64,000 bases of DNA from Gammaproteobacteria bacterium (GTDB taxonomy: Bacteria; Pseudomonadota; Gammaproteobacteria; Thiohalomonadales; Thiohalomonadaceae): the NCBI GenBank assembly GCA_026196275.1, contig JAPHTQ010000009.1, forward strand, positions 6,092 to 70,091, written 5' to 3'. The notes under the pieces are model-generated. The model was not told where the DNA came from. It worked only from the letters and a program-made list of their open reading frames with translations, and ran no database searches. The number at the start of each line of letters is the position of its first letter. The first letter of the stretch is position 1. Below, piece by piece: positions 33,797 through 41,789 of the stretch. Position numbers and translations under genes: made by a program.

Positions 33797-33825
33797 AAAA
33801 AAAGAGACCACCGAAAGGTGGTCTC
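33797..33825 (-). terminator. Rho-independent terminator immediately after mshA
   Basis: Minus strand reads GAGACCACC-TTTC-GGTGGTCTC followed by TTTTTTT. Confidence 0.85.
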
Positions 33826-33852
33826 TTAGGTCATGCTTAATTTTAAGGTCGT

Positions 33853-34242
33853 TTACCAACCGCCACTAAAGAGTGCTGGCTGAGCGCTGGTTTCTGCTTG
33901 ATCCCAGGAAATAACGTAATCGGTGCCACCGAATGCGCAGGTGATGTCAGCACCGCCACTTGTAGTATCTGTCATATCCGTACACTCTGTAGGTACGGAG
34001 TCCATAGCACCAGCCAAAGTAGCGTTGGTAGTGACGGCTGTATTAGTGCTATCAACGATGCTTTTGGCAAAGTTTATGGCAGCAGCGCTGTTAAATGAAC
34101 CGAGTACGCCATTCGCTGCAGCTTCACCAGCTTCACTTCTGAGATCAACAAACTTCGGCAGCGCTGTGGCGGCAAGGATACCGAGGATGACGATAACGAC
34201 CACCAGTTCGATAAGGGTAAAACCCTGTTGTGCAGTTTTCAT
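33853..34242 (-). CDS. mshA: Major type IV pilin (MshA-like)
   Basis: MKTAQQGFTLIELVVVIVILGILAATALPKF. 129 aa with its own strong terminator and a good RBS (AGGAG). Confidence 0.75.
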   Translation of the reverse strand: MKTAQQGFTLIELVVVIVILGILAATALPKFVDLRSEAGEAAANGVLGSFNSAAAINFAKSIVDSTNTAVTTNATLAGAMDSVPTECTDMTDTTSGGADITCAFGGTDYVISWDQAETSAQPALFSGGW

Positions 34243-34430
34243 GGATAAATCTCCTGTTTTCAGACCGCGGTCTGATTGCTGTGACGACGAAACTTGCGGC
34301 CGCAGCCGCGAATAACCGATAGCGGGGAGTGATAGTTGTCAGGCCCGCACTTGAATGCTACCACTTTGTCTACGGTCATCCAATGGTTTTGTGACTTGCC
34401 GATATCACCGGATTGAGCCGTGGTGGCAAC

Positions 34431-35057
34431 TCAGGGCTGGAGCAGCAGAGAGGCCAGGTAGAGGGTGAGCAGCAGCACGGTCAGGCCGAGCAGGCGCGGG
34501 TGGCTCTCCATCAGCCGGGCGGTGGGGTTGTAGGGGGTGTCCAGCCAGCGGCTCTTCTGACGGCTGCTGACCCAGCGGTTGGCGGTGGCCTCGAAGCCCT
34601 TGAGGGCGCTGGGGCGCAGGTAGAGCACCAGACCGATGAGGAGGGCACTGAGGTGGGCGAGGATCAGCGCCAGGTGGAGTGCGCTGAGCAGCGCCTCGCT
34701 CAGTGCCTCGTATCGCGCATGGGGGAGCAGGCCGGCAAACAGGGGGAGGCCCTTCTGGGCGGGGTCGAAGAGAAACAGCAGCCGGTAGAGGGTAAAGCTG
34801 CTGGCGGCGATGATCAGCAGCCCCAGGCTGCGGTGGTGACGGTAGATGTGGCGGTCGAGGTTGCGCGAGATCTCCAGCGGTCGCAGCGCACGGCGCAGGG
34901 AGAAGGCGCGGCTGGCGCGCTCCTCCAGCCGGGCGTAGCCGGCGGGGGCGATAATCAGCCACAGGCCGATCAGCAGCCCGGCAGAGGCGGCGAGCAGCCC
35001 CACTGCCGTACCGGTCTTGAGGAGGATGGAGAGGAGGGTAGAGAGAGCGCTATCCAT
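34431..35057 (-). CDS. Uncharacterised polytopic membrane protein in the MshF position
   Basis: Start set at MDSALSTLL. Four to five predicted hydrophobic helices. I recognise no motif. Confidence 0.4.
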   Translation of the reverse strand: MDSALSTLLSILLKTGTAVGLLAASAGLLIGLWLIIAPAGYARLEERASRAFSLRRALRPLEISRNLDRHIYRHHRSLGLLIIAASSFTLYRLLFLFDPAQKGLPLFAGLLPHARYEALSEALLSALHLALILAHLSALLIGLVLYLRPSALKGFEATANRWVSSRQKSRWLDTPYNPTARLMESHPRLLGLTVLLLTLYLASLLLQP

Positions 35058-35077
35058 GGCGATTCCAGGGGGCTGAG

Positions 35078-36304
35078 CTAGCGCCGTGCCAGCTGGGCCA
35101 TGTCCCACATCGGCAGGAAGACGCCGAGCGCCACAATCAGCACCATAATGCCGATGGCGACGATGAGCACCGGCTCGATCGCGGCGCTGAGGTTCTTCAG
35201 CTCATAGTCCACCTCGCGTTCGTAGTAGGTGGCGACATTCTCCATCATGGTGTCGATGGAGCCGGTCTCCTCCCCGACTGAGAACATCTGCAGCACCAGC
35301 GGTGGAAAGAGTCCGGTGGCGGCGGCGGTGCGGGTGAGGTTCTCGCCCCGCTCCACACCGTTGCGCATGCTGAGGATGCGGTCGGCCACGTAGTCGTTGT
35401 CCACCGCGCGGGCGGTAACAGTCAGGGCCTGGATCAGCGGCACGCCGCTCTTGAAGGCCATGGCGAAGGAGCGGGTAAAACGGGCCAGGGTGCTGCGCAT
35501 GACCAGACTGCCGACGATGGGCAGACGCAGCTTGAATTTGTCCCACTTGTATTTTCCCTCACCGTGGGCGGTGTAGCGTCGCAGGCTGTAGAGCCCCACT
35601 GCCAGGGCCGCCAGCAGATGCGGCCAGTAGGCGACGGTGAAGTTGGAGAGGCCGACAAGCAGCTGGGTCTGCCACGGCAGGTCGCTGCCCATACGGGCGA
35701 AGACGTTGGCAAAGGCGGGGATCACCAACACATTGATCACACCGATGGCGATGGCGATGGCGATGATGACAAAGGTGGGATAGCGCAGTGCGGCCTTGAC
35801 CCGATCACGGGTATCACGCTCCATCTCCAGATACTCGGCCAACTGCAGAAACGATTCATCGAGCCGGCCGGTGGTCTCCCCTACCCGGACAATACTGATG
35901 ATCAGATTGCTGAAGATCTCCGGTTCCATGCTCAGCGCCATGGAGAGGTCGTGCCCGCCCTCGAGATTGCGCCGCACCCGCAGGATCGCCTCGGCGAGCT
36001 TGTGGTTGGAGGTGGTTTCGGCCAGCCCGCTCAGGGCGCGGATCAGCGGCACCCCGGCGTGGGCCAGGGTGTACATCTGGCGGCAGAACAGGATCAGCTC
36101 ATCCAGCCCCGGTTTGCGACCGCCGCCTAGGGCGGACTCAATCTGAGAGAGAAAATTCTCTTTCTTGCGGACCTCCTTGATATCGATGGGGGTCACGCCG
36201 CTGTTGATGAGCTGGGTAGCGACAACATCGGGAGAGCCGGCCTCTATCGTGCCGCTGACCGAATCGCCGCGGCTGTTGCGCGCCTTGTAGTGAAAGTTCG
36301 GCAT
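35078..36304 (-). CDS. mshG: Type IV pilus/T2SS platform protein (GspF/PilC family, MshG-like)
   Basis: 408 aa with two GspF-type repeats and three TM segments. Adjacent to the ATPase. Confidence 0.85.
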   Translation of the reverse strand: MPNFHYKARNSRGDSVSGTIEAGSPDVVATQLINSGVTPIDIKEVRKKENFLSQIESALGGGRKPGLDELILFCRQMYTLAHAGVPLIRALSGLAETTSNHKLAEAILRVRRNLEGGHDLSMALSMEPEIFSNLIISIVRVGETTGRLDESFLQLAEYLEMERDTRDRVKAALRYPTFVIIAIAIAIGVINVLVIPAFANVFARMGSDLPWQTQLLVGLSNFTVAYWPHLLAALAVGLYSLRRYTAHGEGKYKWDKFKLRLPIVGSLVMRSTLARFTRSFAMAFKSGVPLIQALTVTARAVDNDYVADRILSMRNGVERGENLTRTAAATGLFPPLVLQMFSVGEETGSIDTMMENVATYYEREVDYELKNLSAAIEPVLIVAIGIMVLIVALGVFLPMWDMAQLARR

Positions 36305-36306
36305 GG

Positions 36307-38076
36307 CTAGGCGTTGTTGCCCTCTGTCACGATATTCGGGTTGTCTTCGGTGGCGAGCAGCGGCAACTCATCATCGACCCGTTCACCGGTGGTGACACGG
36401 ATCGCCTCTTCCAGCGTGGTCACACCCTGGCTGGCCAGTGACAGGGCGTGCCGGGTCAGCGGGTAATAACCGGCACTTTCGCGTGCGGCGCGGGCAAAGC
36501 CCGAGGTGTCATCACGGCGCAGCGCATCGGCCATCCCCTCGTCCAGCTGCAGCATCTCGAACACGCCGACACGACCGTGGTAGCCGGTGTTGGCGCAGTG
36601 GGGGCAGCCGGTGCCGTGCTTGAAGCGCAGGGTGTCGGCATGCTGCGGATCGACGGTTTTTATCCATGCCTGCTGCTGCGGCGTGGGGGTGTGGTCGGTG
36701 ATGCAGCTGGTGCAGATCTTGCGCACCAGGCGCTGGGCGATGATCGCCTCCAGCGAGGTGGCGACCATGTAGCCGGGCACGCCCATATCGATGAGGCGTA
36801 CGGCGGTGCTGATGGCGTCGTTGGTGTGCAGGGTGGAGAGCACCATGTGCCCGGTGATGGCGGCGCGCAGGGCGATCTCCGCCGTCTCCTGATCACGGAT
36901 CTCGCCGATCAGCACGATGTCGGGGTCCTGACGCAGGGCGGTGCGCAGCACGCCGGCGAAGGTCAGCCCCACCTTGCTGTTGACCTGCACCTGGTTGACC
37001 CGTGGCAGACGGTACTCGACCGGGTCCTCGACGGTGATGATCTTTTTCTCCGGGGCATTCAGTTCACTCAGGGCGGCATAGAGCGAGGTGGTCTTGCCGC
37101 TGCCGGTCGGGCCGGTCACCAGTACCATGCCGTAGGGCTTGCGGATGTCGTTCCTGAAGTGTCTGAGCAGATGCGCCGGCATGCCGAGCTGCTCAAGGTT
37201 AATGGCCCCGCCGCTCTGATCCAGCAGGCGCATCACCACCGATTCGCCGTGTTGAATGGGCATGGTGGAGAGACGCACGTCGATATTGTGCTGCTTGACC
37301 CGGATATTGAAACGGCCGTCCTGCGGCAGGCGTTTTTCCGAGATATCGAGCCCCGACATCAGTTTCAGGCGCGAGACCAGTGCAGTGGCGATCCGCTTCT
37401 CCTTCATCAGCTGTTCATGCAGTACGCCATCGATACGCTGGCGGATGCGCAGCACGTTCTCATCCGGCTCGATGTGAATGTCCGAGGCGCCGATCTGCAA
37501 CGCATCCTCGAAGATCGACTGCAGCAGTTTGACCACTGGCGCCTCGCTGAGGTCATCGGTCTTGAGCAGCTCCTCGAGGTCGAAATCGGTGCTGCCGAGC
37601 TCCTCGCTGAGCTCCTCGGCGAGGGTGCTGATTTCGTCGGTGCGACGGTAGACCGTATCGATGGTCTTGAGCAGATCGGCCTCACGCACTACCGCCAGCC
37701 GCACCGGGCGTTTCACCACGCGGGCAATCTCATCGTAGGCAAAGATGTCGGTGGGGTCGGCCATGCCGACCAGCACGGCATCATCCTGTTCGGCCAGCAC
37801 GATAGCGCGATAACGCCGGGCAATGGTTTCCGGCAGCAGCCGAACGGTTTCGGCGTGGTATTTGTAATGCTTGAGTTCGATGAAGGGGAGCTGCAGCTGG
37901 CGCGACAGTACCTCAAGCAGTTTGTCCTCGGTAATAAAGCCCAGATCCACCAGTGTTCTGCCCAGCTTGTGGCCGCTCTGCTTCTGTTCAGCGAGCGCCT
38001 GCAGCAACTGACTTTCGGTGATGATGTGGTGCTCAACCAGCAGGTCGCCGATACGGATCTTCTTGCGAGGGTTCAT
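36307..38076 (-). CDS. mshE: Type IV pilus assembly ATPase with N-terminal MshEN-type domain (MshE-like)
   Basis: Start set at MNPRKKIRIGDLLV (ATG 38076). Walker A GPTGSGKTT is present, along with a tetracysteine motif (CTSC...CPHC) and two RxGxxLVxxGxIxxxxLxxxLxxQ motifs at the N-terminus. Confidence 0.85.
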   Translation of the reverse strand: MNPRKKIRIGDLLVEHHIITESQLLQALAEQKQSGHKLGRTLVDLGFITEDKLLEVLSRQLQLPFIELKHYKYHAETVRLLPETIARRYRAIVLAEQDDAVLVGMADPTDIFAYDEIARVVKRPVRLAVVREADLLKTIDTVYRRTDEISTLAEELSEELGSTDFDLEELLKTDDLSEAPVVKLLQSIFEDALQIGASDIHIEPDENVLRIRQRIDGVLHEQLMKEKRIATALVSRLKLMSGLDISEKRLPQDGRFNIRVKQHNIDVRLSTMPIQHGESVVMRLLDQSGGAINLEQLGMPAHLLRHFRNDIRKPYGMVLVTGPTGSGKTTSLYAALSELNAPEKKIITVEDPVEYRLPRVNQVQVNSKVGLTFAGVLRTALRQDPDIVLIGEIRDQETAEIALRAAITGHMVLSTLHTNDAISTAVRLIDMGVPGYMVATSLEAIIAQRLVRKICTSCITDHTPTPQQQAWIKTVDPQHADTLRFKHGTGCPHCANTGYHGRVGVFEMLQLDEGMADALRRDDTSGFARAARESAGYYPLTRHALSLASQGVTTLEEAIRVTTGERVDDELPLLATEDNPNIVTEGNNA

Positions 38077-38359
38077 GCCTTCCCCATGGTGTTTGTTGTT
38101 AACAAACCGGATGTGACTGTCCAAACCTTGTTCCGTCCCGGTGTGTGGCCGGCCCTTGCTACGGTTGTTCGGACTTCGCCTGCATGGATGCAGGTGATGT
38201 GCGATAGCAGGACGCGGTAGCGCACAGTCCGATGCCACAACAGTGTCGGGCTAAGGCCCGACCTACAACCTCATTAAGGTGCCATGCCCGAACATTAACC
38301 CAGTGTATCAACCTAGAATAGTGCACGGAAATACCTCTGCGGGCAACGTGTTACGTCTG

Positions 38360-39331
38360 TTAGTCATCGCAGCCGCAGGCGGGTGTGGCGTTGTTCAGGC
38401 TCAGCGTGCCCACCAGCTGGGAGACCTCGGTAAGGTTGTGGCGTTTGAGGTAGTCGATGATGCCCTGGTTGATCTTGGGGCAGATGAGCGGGTCATAGAA
38501 CAGCGCGGTGCCGATACCGACGGCGCTGGCACCGGCGATGATAAACTCGATGGCATCCTCCGCGCTGGCGATGCCGCCCTGGCCGATGATCGGGATGCCG
38601 TACTCACGGCACACCTGGTAGACCTGGTGGGTCTTGAGCAGCGCTACCGGCTTGATCGCCGGGCCGGAGAGGCCGCCCTGGTTGTTGCCGAGGATCGGGC
38701 TGCGGCTCTCGATATCGATGGCCATCCCCATCAGGGTGTTGATCACGGCAAAGGCGTCGGTGCCGGCCTCGATGCAGCGTCTGGCGTTGCCGGCGATATC
38801 GGTCTGGTTAGGCGAGAGCTTGGTGATGATCGGCTTGTCGGTCTGCTTGCGCACCGCCTCCACCACCCGGGCGGACATCTCCGGGTCGTTGCCGAAGGCG
38901 ACGCCGCCGGCCTTGACGTTGGGGCAGGAGATATTGATCTCGATGGCATCGATGGGTGAGTCATCGAACAGCCTGGCCACCTCGGCGTAATCCTCGACGG
39001 TGGAGCCGGAGATGTTGGCGATGAAGCGGGTCTCCTCGCGGTCGAGCTGCGGCAGGATCTCATCGATAACATAGCTGGCGCCGGGATTCTGCAGGCCGAT
39101 GGCGTTGAGCATCCCCTCGGGGGTCTCATAGACCCGGTGCGGTCGGTTGCCCAGGCGCGGCTCCAGCGTGGTGCCCTTGAGACAGACCGCGCCCACATCA
39201 CGGTTGGAAAAACCCTTCACCCGGGTATACTCTTCGCCGAAACCGACGCAGCCCGAGAGCAATACCAGCGGCGTATCGAAACGCATACCGCAAAAATCGA
39301 TGGCCAGCATCGCCTTGTCTGCCTTGTTCAT
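38360..39331 (-). CDS. pyrD: Class 1 dihydroorotate dehydrogenase-like flavoprotein
   Basis: 323 aa with the NISCPN active-site Cys motif, GGLSGPAIKP and IGQGGI. No membrane-anchor N-terminus. Confidence 0.75.
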   Translation of the reverse strand: MNKADKAMLAIDFCGMRFDTPLVLLSGCVGFGEEYTRVKGFSNRDVGAVCLKGTTLEPRLGNRPHRVYETPEGMLNAIGLQNPGASYVIDEILPQLDREETRFIANISGSTVEDYAEVARLFDDSPIDAIEINISCPNVKAGGVAFGNDPEMSARVVEAVRKQTDKPIITKLSPNQTDIAGNARRCIEAGTDAFAVINTLMGMAIDIESRSPILGNNQGGLSGPAIKPVALLKTHQVYQVCREYGIPIIGQGGIASAEDAIEFIIAGASAVGIGTALFYDPLICPKINQGIIDYLKRHNLTEVSQLVGTLSLNNATPACGCDD

Positions 39332-39421
39332 GCCTTCACCAAGCGTTTTGTCTGAAGATGGGCGCCATTCTAACGCAAACCGGGTTTGGCGACTAAAGGG
39401 AAATCAACCGCCAAGGATCTC

Positions 39422-39640
39422 TAGCCACAGAGCTCACAGAGTGCACAGGGGAAATCCGGTGGGGTGTTTATCAACGTCTCATTGACTACTGGTATGCTAG
39501 CCTCCACGAGGCCAAACAACTCAAATGTGCTCCTTCTCGGTGATCTCTGTGTCCTCTGTGGCAAAAAATAGTTTGATGGGCACGCTGCGCTTTGCCCATC
39601 CTACGCTACCCAGTGATCTCTGTGCCCTCTGTGGCAAAAA
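39422..39640. repeat. REP-like element, copy J (CACAGAG dialect; one left arm, two right arms)
   Basis: Left arm TAGCCACAGAGCTCACAGAGTGCACAGGGG (39422-39451). Right arms CTCGGTGATCTCTGTGTCCTCTGTGGCAAAAAA (39537-39568) and CCCAGTGATCTCTGTGCCCTCTGTGGCAAAAA (39610-39640). Confidence 0.8.
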
Positions 39641-39654
39641 CTGGATATAGGAAA

Positions 39655-40119
39655 ATGCTGCAAATTGTCCTCTATCAGCCGGAAATTCCACCGAATACCG
39701 GCAATATCATCCGGCTCTGCGCCAACACGGGCGCCCCGCTCCACCTGATCCGCCCGCTGGGCTTCGAGCTGGACGACAAGCGGCTGCGCCGCGCCGGGCT
39801 CGACTACCACGAGTTCGCTGCGGTGAAGGTGCATGAGTCGCTGGAGGGGTATATTGAAAGTGAGCGCCCACTGCGGCTGTTTGCCTGCACTACCCGCGGC
39901 AGTCGTGCCCATAGCGAGGTGGCCTATCAGGAGGGGGATGCGCTGCTATTCGGCCCCGAGACCCGCGGCCTGCCGCAGGCGGTGCTGGACGCCCTGCCCG
40001 ATGAACGTCTGCTGCGCCTGCCGATGCTGCCCCACAGCCGCAGCCTCAACCTCTCCAACGCCGCGGCGGTGTTCGTCTATGAGGCGTGGCGTCAGCTCGG
40101 CTTCGACGGGACAGTCTAA
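39655..40119 (+). CDS. trmL: tRNA (cytidine/uridine-2'-O)-methyltransferase TrmL (SpoU family)
   Basis: Start set at [22 protein letters not shown] (ATG 39655). About 154 aa. SPOUT C-terminal motif LNLSNAAAV. Confidence 0.9.
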   Translation: MLQIVLYQPEIPPNTGNIIRLCANTGAPLHLIRPLGFELDDKRLRRAGLDYHEFAAVKVHESLEGYIESERPLRLFACTTRGSRAHSEVAYQEGDALLFGPETRGLPQAVLDALPDERLLRLPMLPHSRSLNLSNAAAVFVYEAWRQLGFDGTV

Positions 40120-40168
40120 ATAAGCATTAAACGCAAAGGTTGTCAGTTCGTCCTGGCCTACCTACCCG

Positions 40169-41518
40169 TTATGGGGCTCGGCTTGCCGTTTCAATGCGAT
40201 CGACCAGATCGGACGGTGCATAGAAGACGAAAGCCCGCCCGCGTTTGCGCTGCTCCAGCAACCCCAGCTCTGCCAACTTCTGCAGGTCGGTGCGTGAGGT
40301 CTGGGTGGTGATCTTGTGGGAGCGCTTGTGGCTTGCCACGGTATACCCATGTCCAGCGTGGCGCAGGGCGTGGCTGAGGAGTGCCATCTGGCGGTGATTG
40401 AGGTTGTCTGAGAGGCTGGGGCTCTTGCGCAGCAGACTCTCGGCGCTCCGCTGCTCGTCGATTTTACGTGCAAGGTAGTCATGCAGAGCCTGGATGGCCT
40501 GCTCAATGACCGCTAGCTGATGGAGGATGAAGTAGGTGGCATCGTTATCATCGGTCTCGGTGTAAAGATAGGCGCGCGCATATTTGGCCGGTGCCTTTTT
40601 TATCAGTCTGGAGATCGAGAGGTACTCCATCAGCCAGTAGCCAGAACGTGCCATGCTCCAGTAAAAAAGGGCGCGTGCAGTACGACCATTACCATCGACA
40701 AACGGGTGGTCGTATCCGAGCATGAAGTGAATCAGGATGGCGCGTATCACAGGGTGGACGAAAGGAGTGGCCTTCTCATCCTGGTTGGCAAAGTCACACA
40801 GCCGCTCCAGCCGACGCTCCAGGGACTGCGCGGCAGGCGGTGTGTGCAGCGTTGTGGTGTGGGTGGCATCCATCACGGAGATACGTTCGTCAGGTCGACG
40901 AAAGCGTCCCGCGGCACTGGGATCGTCAAGGGTGTCATGGGTGACGATGCGGTGAAGCTCCAATACCCGTTTAGGGGTGAGGGACTCATCTTTCAGGCTA
41001 CGGATCTGCTCCATAACGTGGTAATTGTTGAGGATCATACGCTCGCTGCGGTCTCGAGGCGTACGACCGCTACGGAGCATATCCTTGGCCTCTTCACGGG
41101 TGGTTGTTGCGCCCTCAAGCTGGCTGGACGTGATCGCCTCCTCGATCAGGGAGCTGACCAGATAGCGATTACGATCATCGCCGGATACGGCCTGTTCCGC
41201 CATAGCGATCTCCCCTGCTGCCTGGCGGTCAATCTCATGCAGGGAGAGCAGTACTGGATCGGGCATGGTAAAAGTGATGGGACGATCATGCTTGTCCAGG
41301 AGGGGTAATTCTTTGCTCATGCCACGGCGTGCAATCTTGGCGCCCGCCCACCACAGCTCGTGTGAAACCCCCTCTGGAGGAGTGCGGTGGCGCATCTCAT
41401 CCCAGTGTAGATAGCGCCCATCCTGAGTTGCCGGAATGCCGAACAATTGGCTGATCTGGCTGGCATCCAGCTGGATGAGTAACTCTTCGTGTCTGGGCGG
41501 TGTTAGCGGTATTTTCAT
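40169..41518 (-). CDS. Fic family protein (class II autoinhibited AMP-transferase type) with C-terminal winged-helix
   Basis: Fic motif HPFVDGNGRTARAL. N-terminal inhibitory motif SSQLEG fits [ST]xxxE[GN]. The C-terminus TSRTDLQKLAELGLLEQRKRGRAFVF is wHTH-like. Confidence 0.85.
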   Translation of the reverse strand: MKIPLTPPRHEELLIQLDASQISQLFGIPATQDGRYLHWDEMRHRTPPEGVSHELWWAGAKIARRGMSKELPLLDKHDRPITFTMPDPVLLSLHEIDRQAAGEIAMAEQAVSGDDRNRYLVSSLIEEAITSSQLEGATTTREEAKDMLRSGRTPRDRSERMILNNYHVMEQIRSLKDESLTPKRVLELHRIVTHDTLDDPSAAGRFRRPDERISVMDATHTTTLHTPPAAQSLERRLERLCDFANQDEKATPFVHPVIRAILIHFMLGYDHPFVDGNGRTARALFYWSMARSGYWLMEYLSISRLIKKAPAKYARAYLYTETDDNDATYFILHQLAVIEQAIQALHDYLARKIDEQRSAESLLRKSPSLSDNLNHRQMALLSHALRHAGHGYTVASHKRSHKITTQTSRTDLQKLAELGLLEQRKRGRAFVFYAPSDLVDRIETASRAP

Positions 41519-41530
41519 CAGAACAGCTCA

Positions 41531-41660
41531 AAGTGCTAATTTTTCCAAAGTTAGCATTTTATTAGCAGTTTATGCAAAATTAGCAATATATTAGCAGTTG
41601 AGGTGACGTTACCGGGAAACTGCTAATTCTGGTTAAATTAGCAATTCGTTAGCAGTTGAT
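41531..41660. promoter_or_regulatory. Array of 8 TTAGCA/TGCTAA hexamers upstream of the Fic gene (candidate operator array)
   Basis: TTAGCA at 41551, 41562, 41580, 41591, 41638 and 41649. TGCTAA at 41534 and 41621. A 27-29-nt unit, AAATTAGCAAT-N-TTAGCAGTTGAxGTG, occurs twice (41577-41606 and 41635-41662). Confidence 0.6.
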
Positions 41661-41789
41661 GTGCGCCAGGCAGGCCTGGGCGCGTGGAGTATGGCGTTTC
41701 TGATAAGTCTGCGGCTTGGCGAGGGTATTGGGTAGTGGCATAGGGTGTGCCGTGCACGCCATAAGAAATTTTTTTGCGTCAAAAGGTTG

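Noticed and set aside
33611-33859. An 82-aa ORF containing QWGQSKH(S/F)LTT twice.
   Set aside because: It spans two terminator hairpins and the duplicated 40-nt box. The peptide repeat simply reflects the DNA repeat.
34259-34272. The perfect palindrome CAGACCGCGGTCTG just upstream of the mshA RBS, considered as an operator.
   Set aside because: It is too short (14 bp) and occurs only once, so significance cannot be judged. It could equally be a small 5'-UTR hairpin.
36448-38220. Very long antisense ORFs opposite well-supported genes. This one is a 590-aa ORF opposite mshE. Others are 2328-3044, 8748-9590, 13606-14469, 16893-18149, 18705-19604, 20025-20990, 21260-22330, 22776-24356, 25098-26045, 42033-43352, 45385-47346, 48125-49048 and 50091-50849.
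   Set aside because: Each lies opposite a gene with clear family motifs. Their translations are low-complexity and rich in Gly, Ala, Arg, Asp, His, Leu and Val, with no recognisable motifs. High GC with third-position bias removes stop codons on the antisense strand, so these are treated as artefacts.
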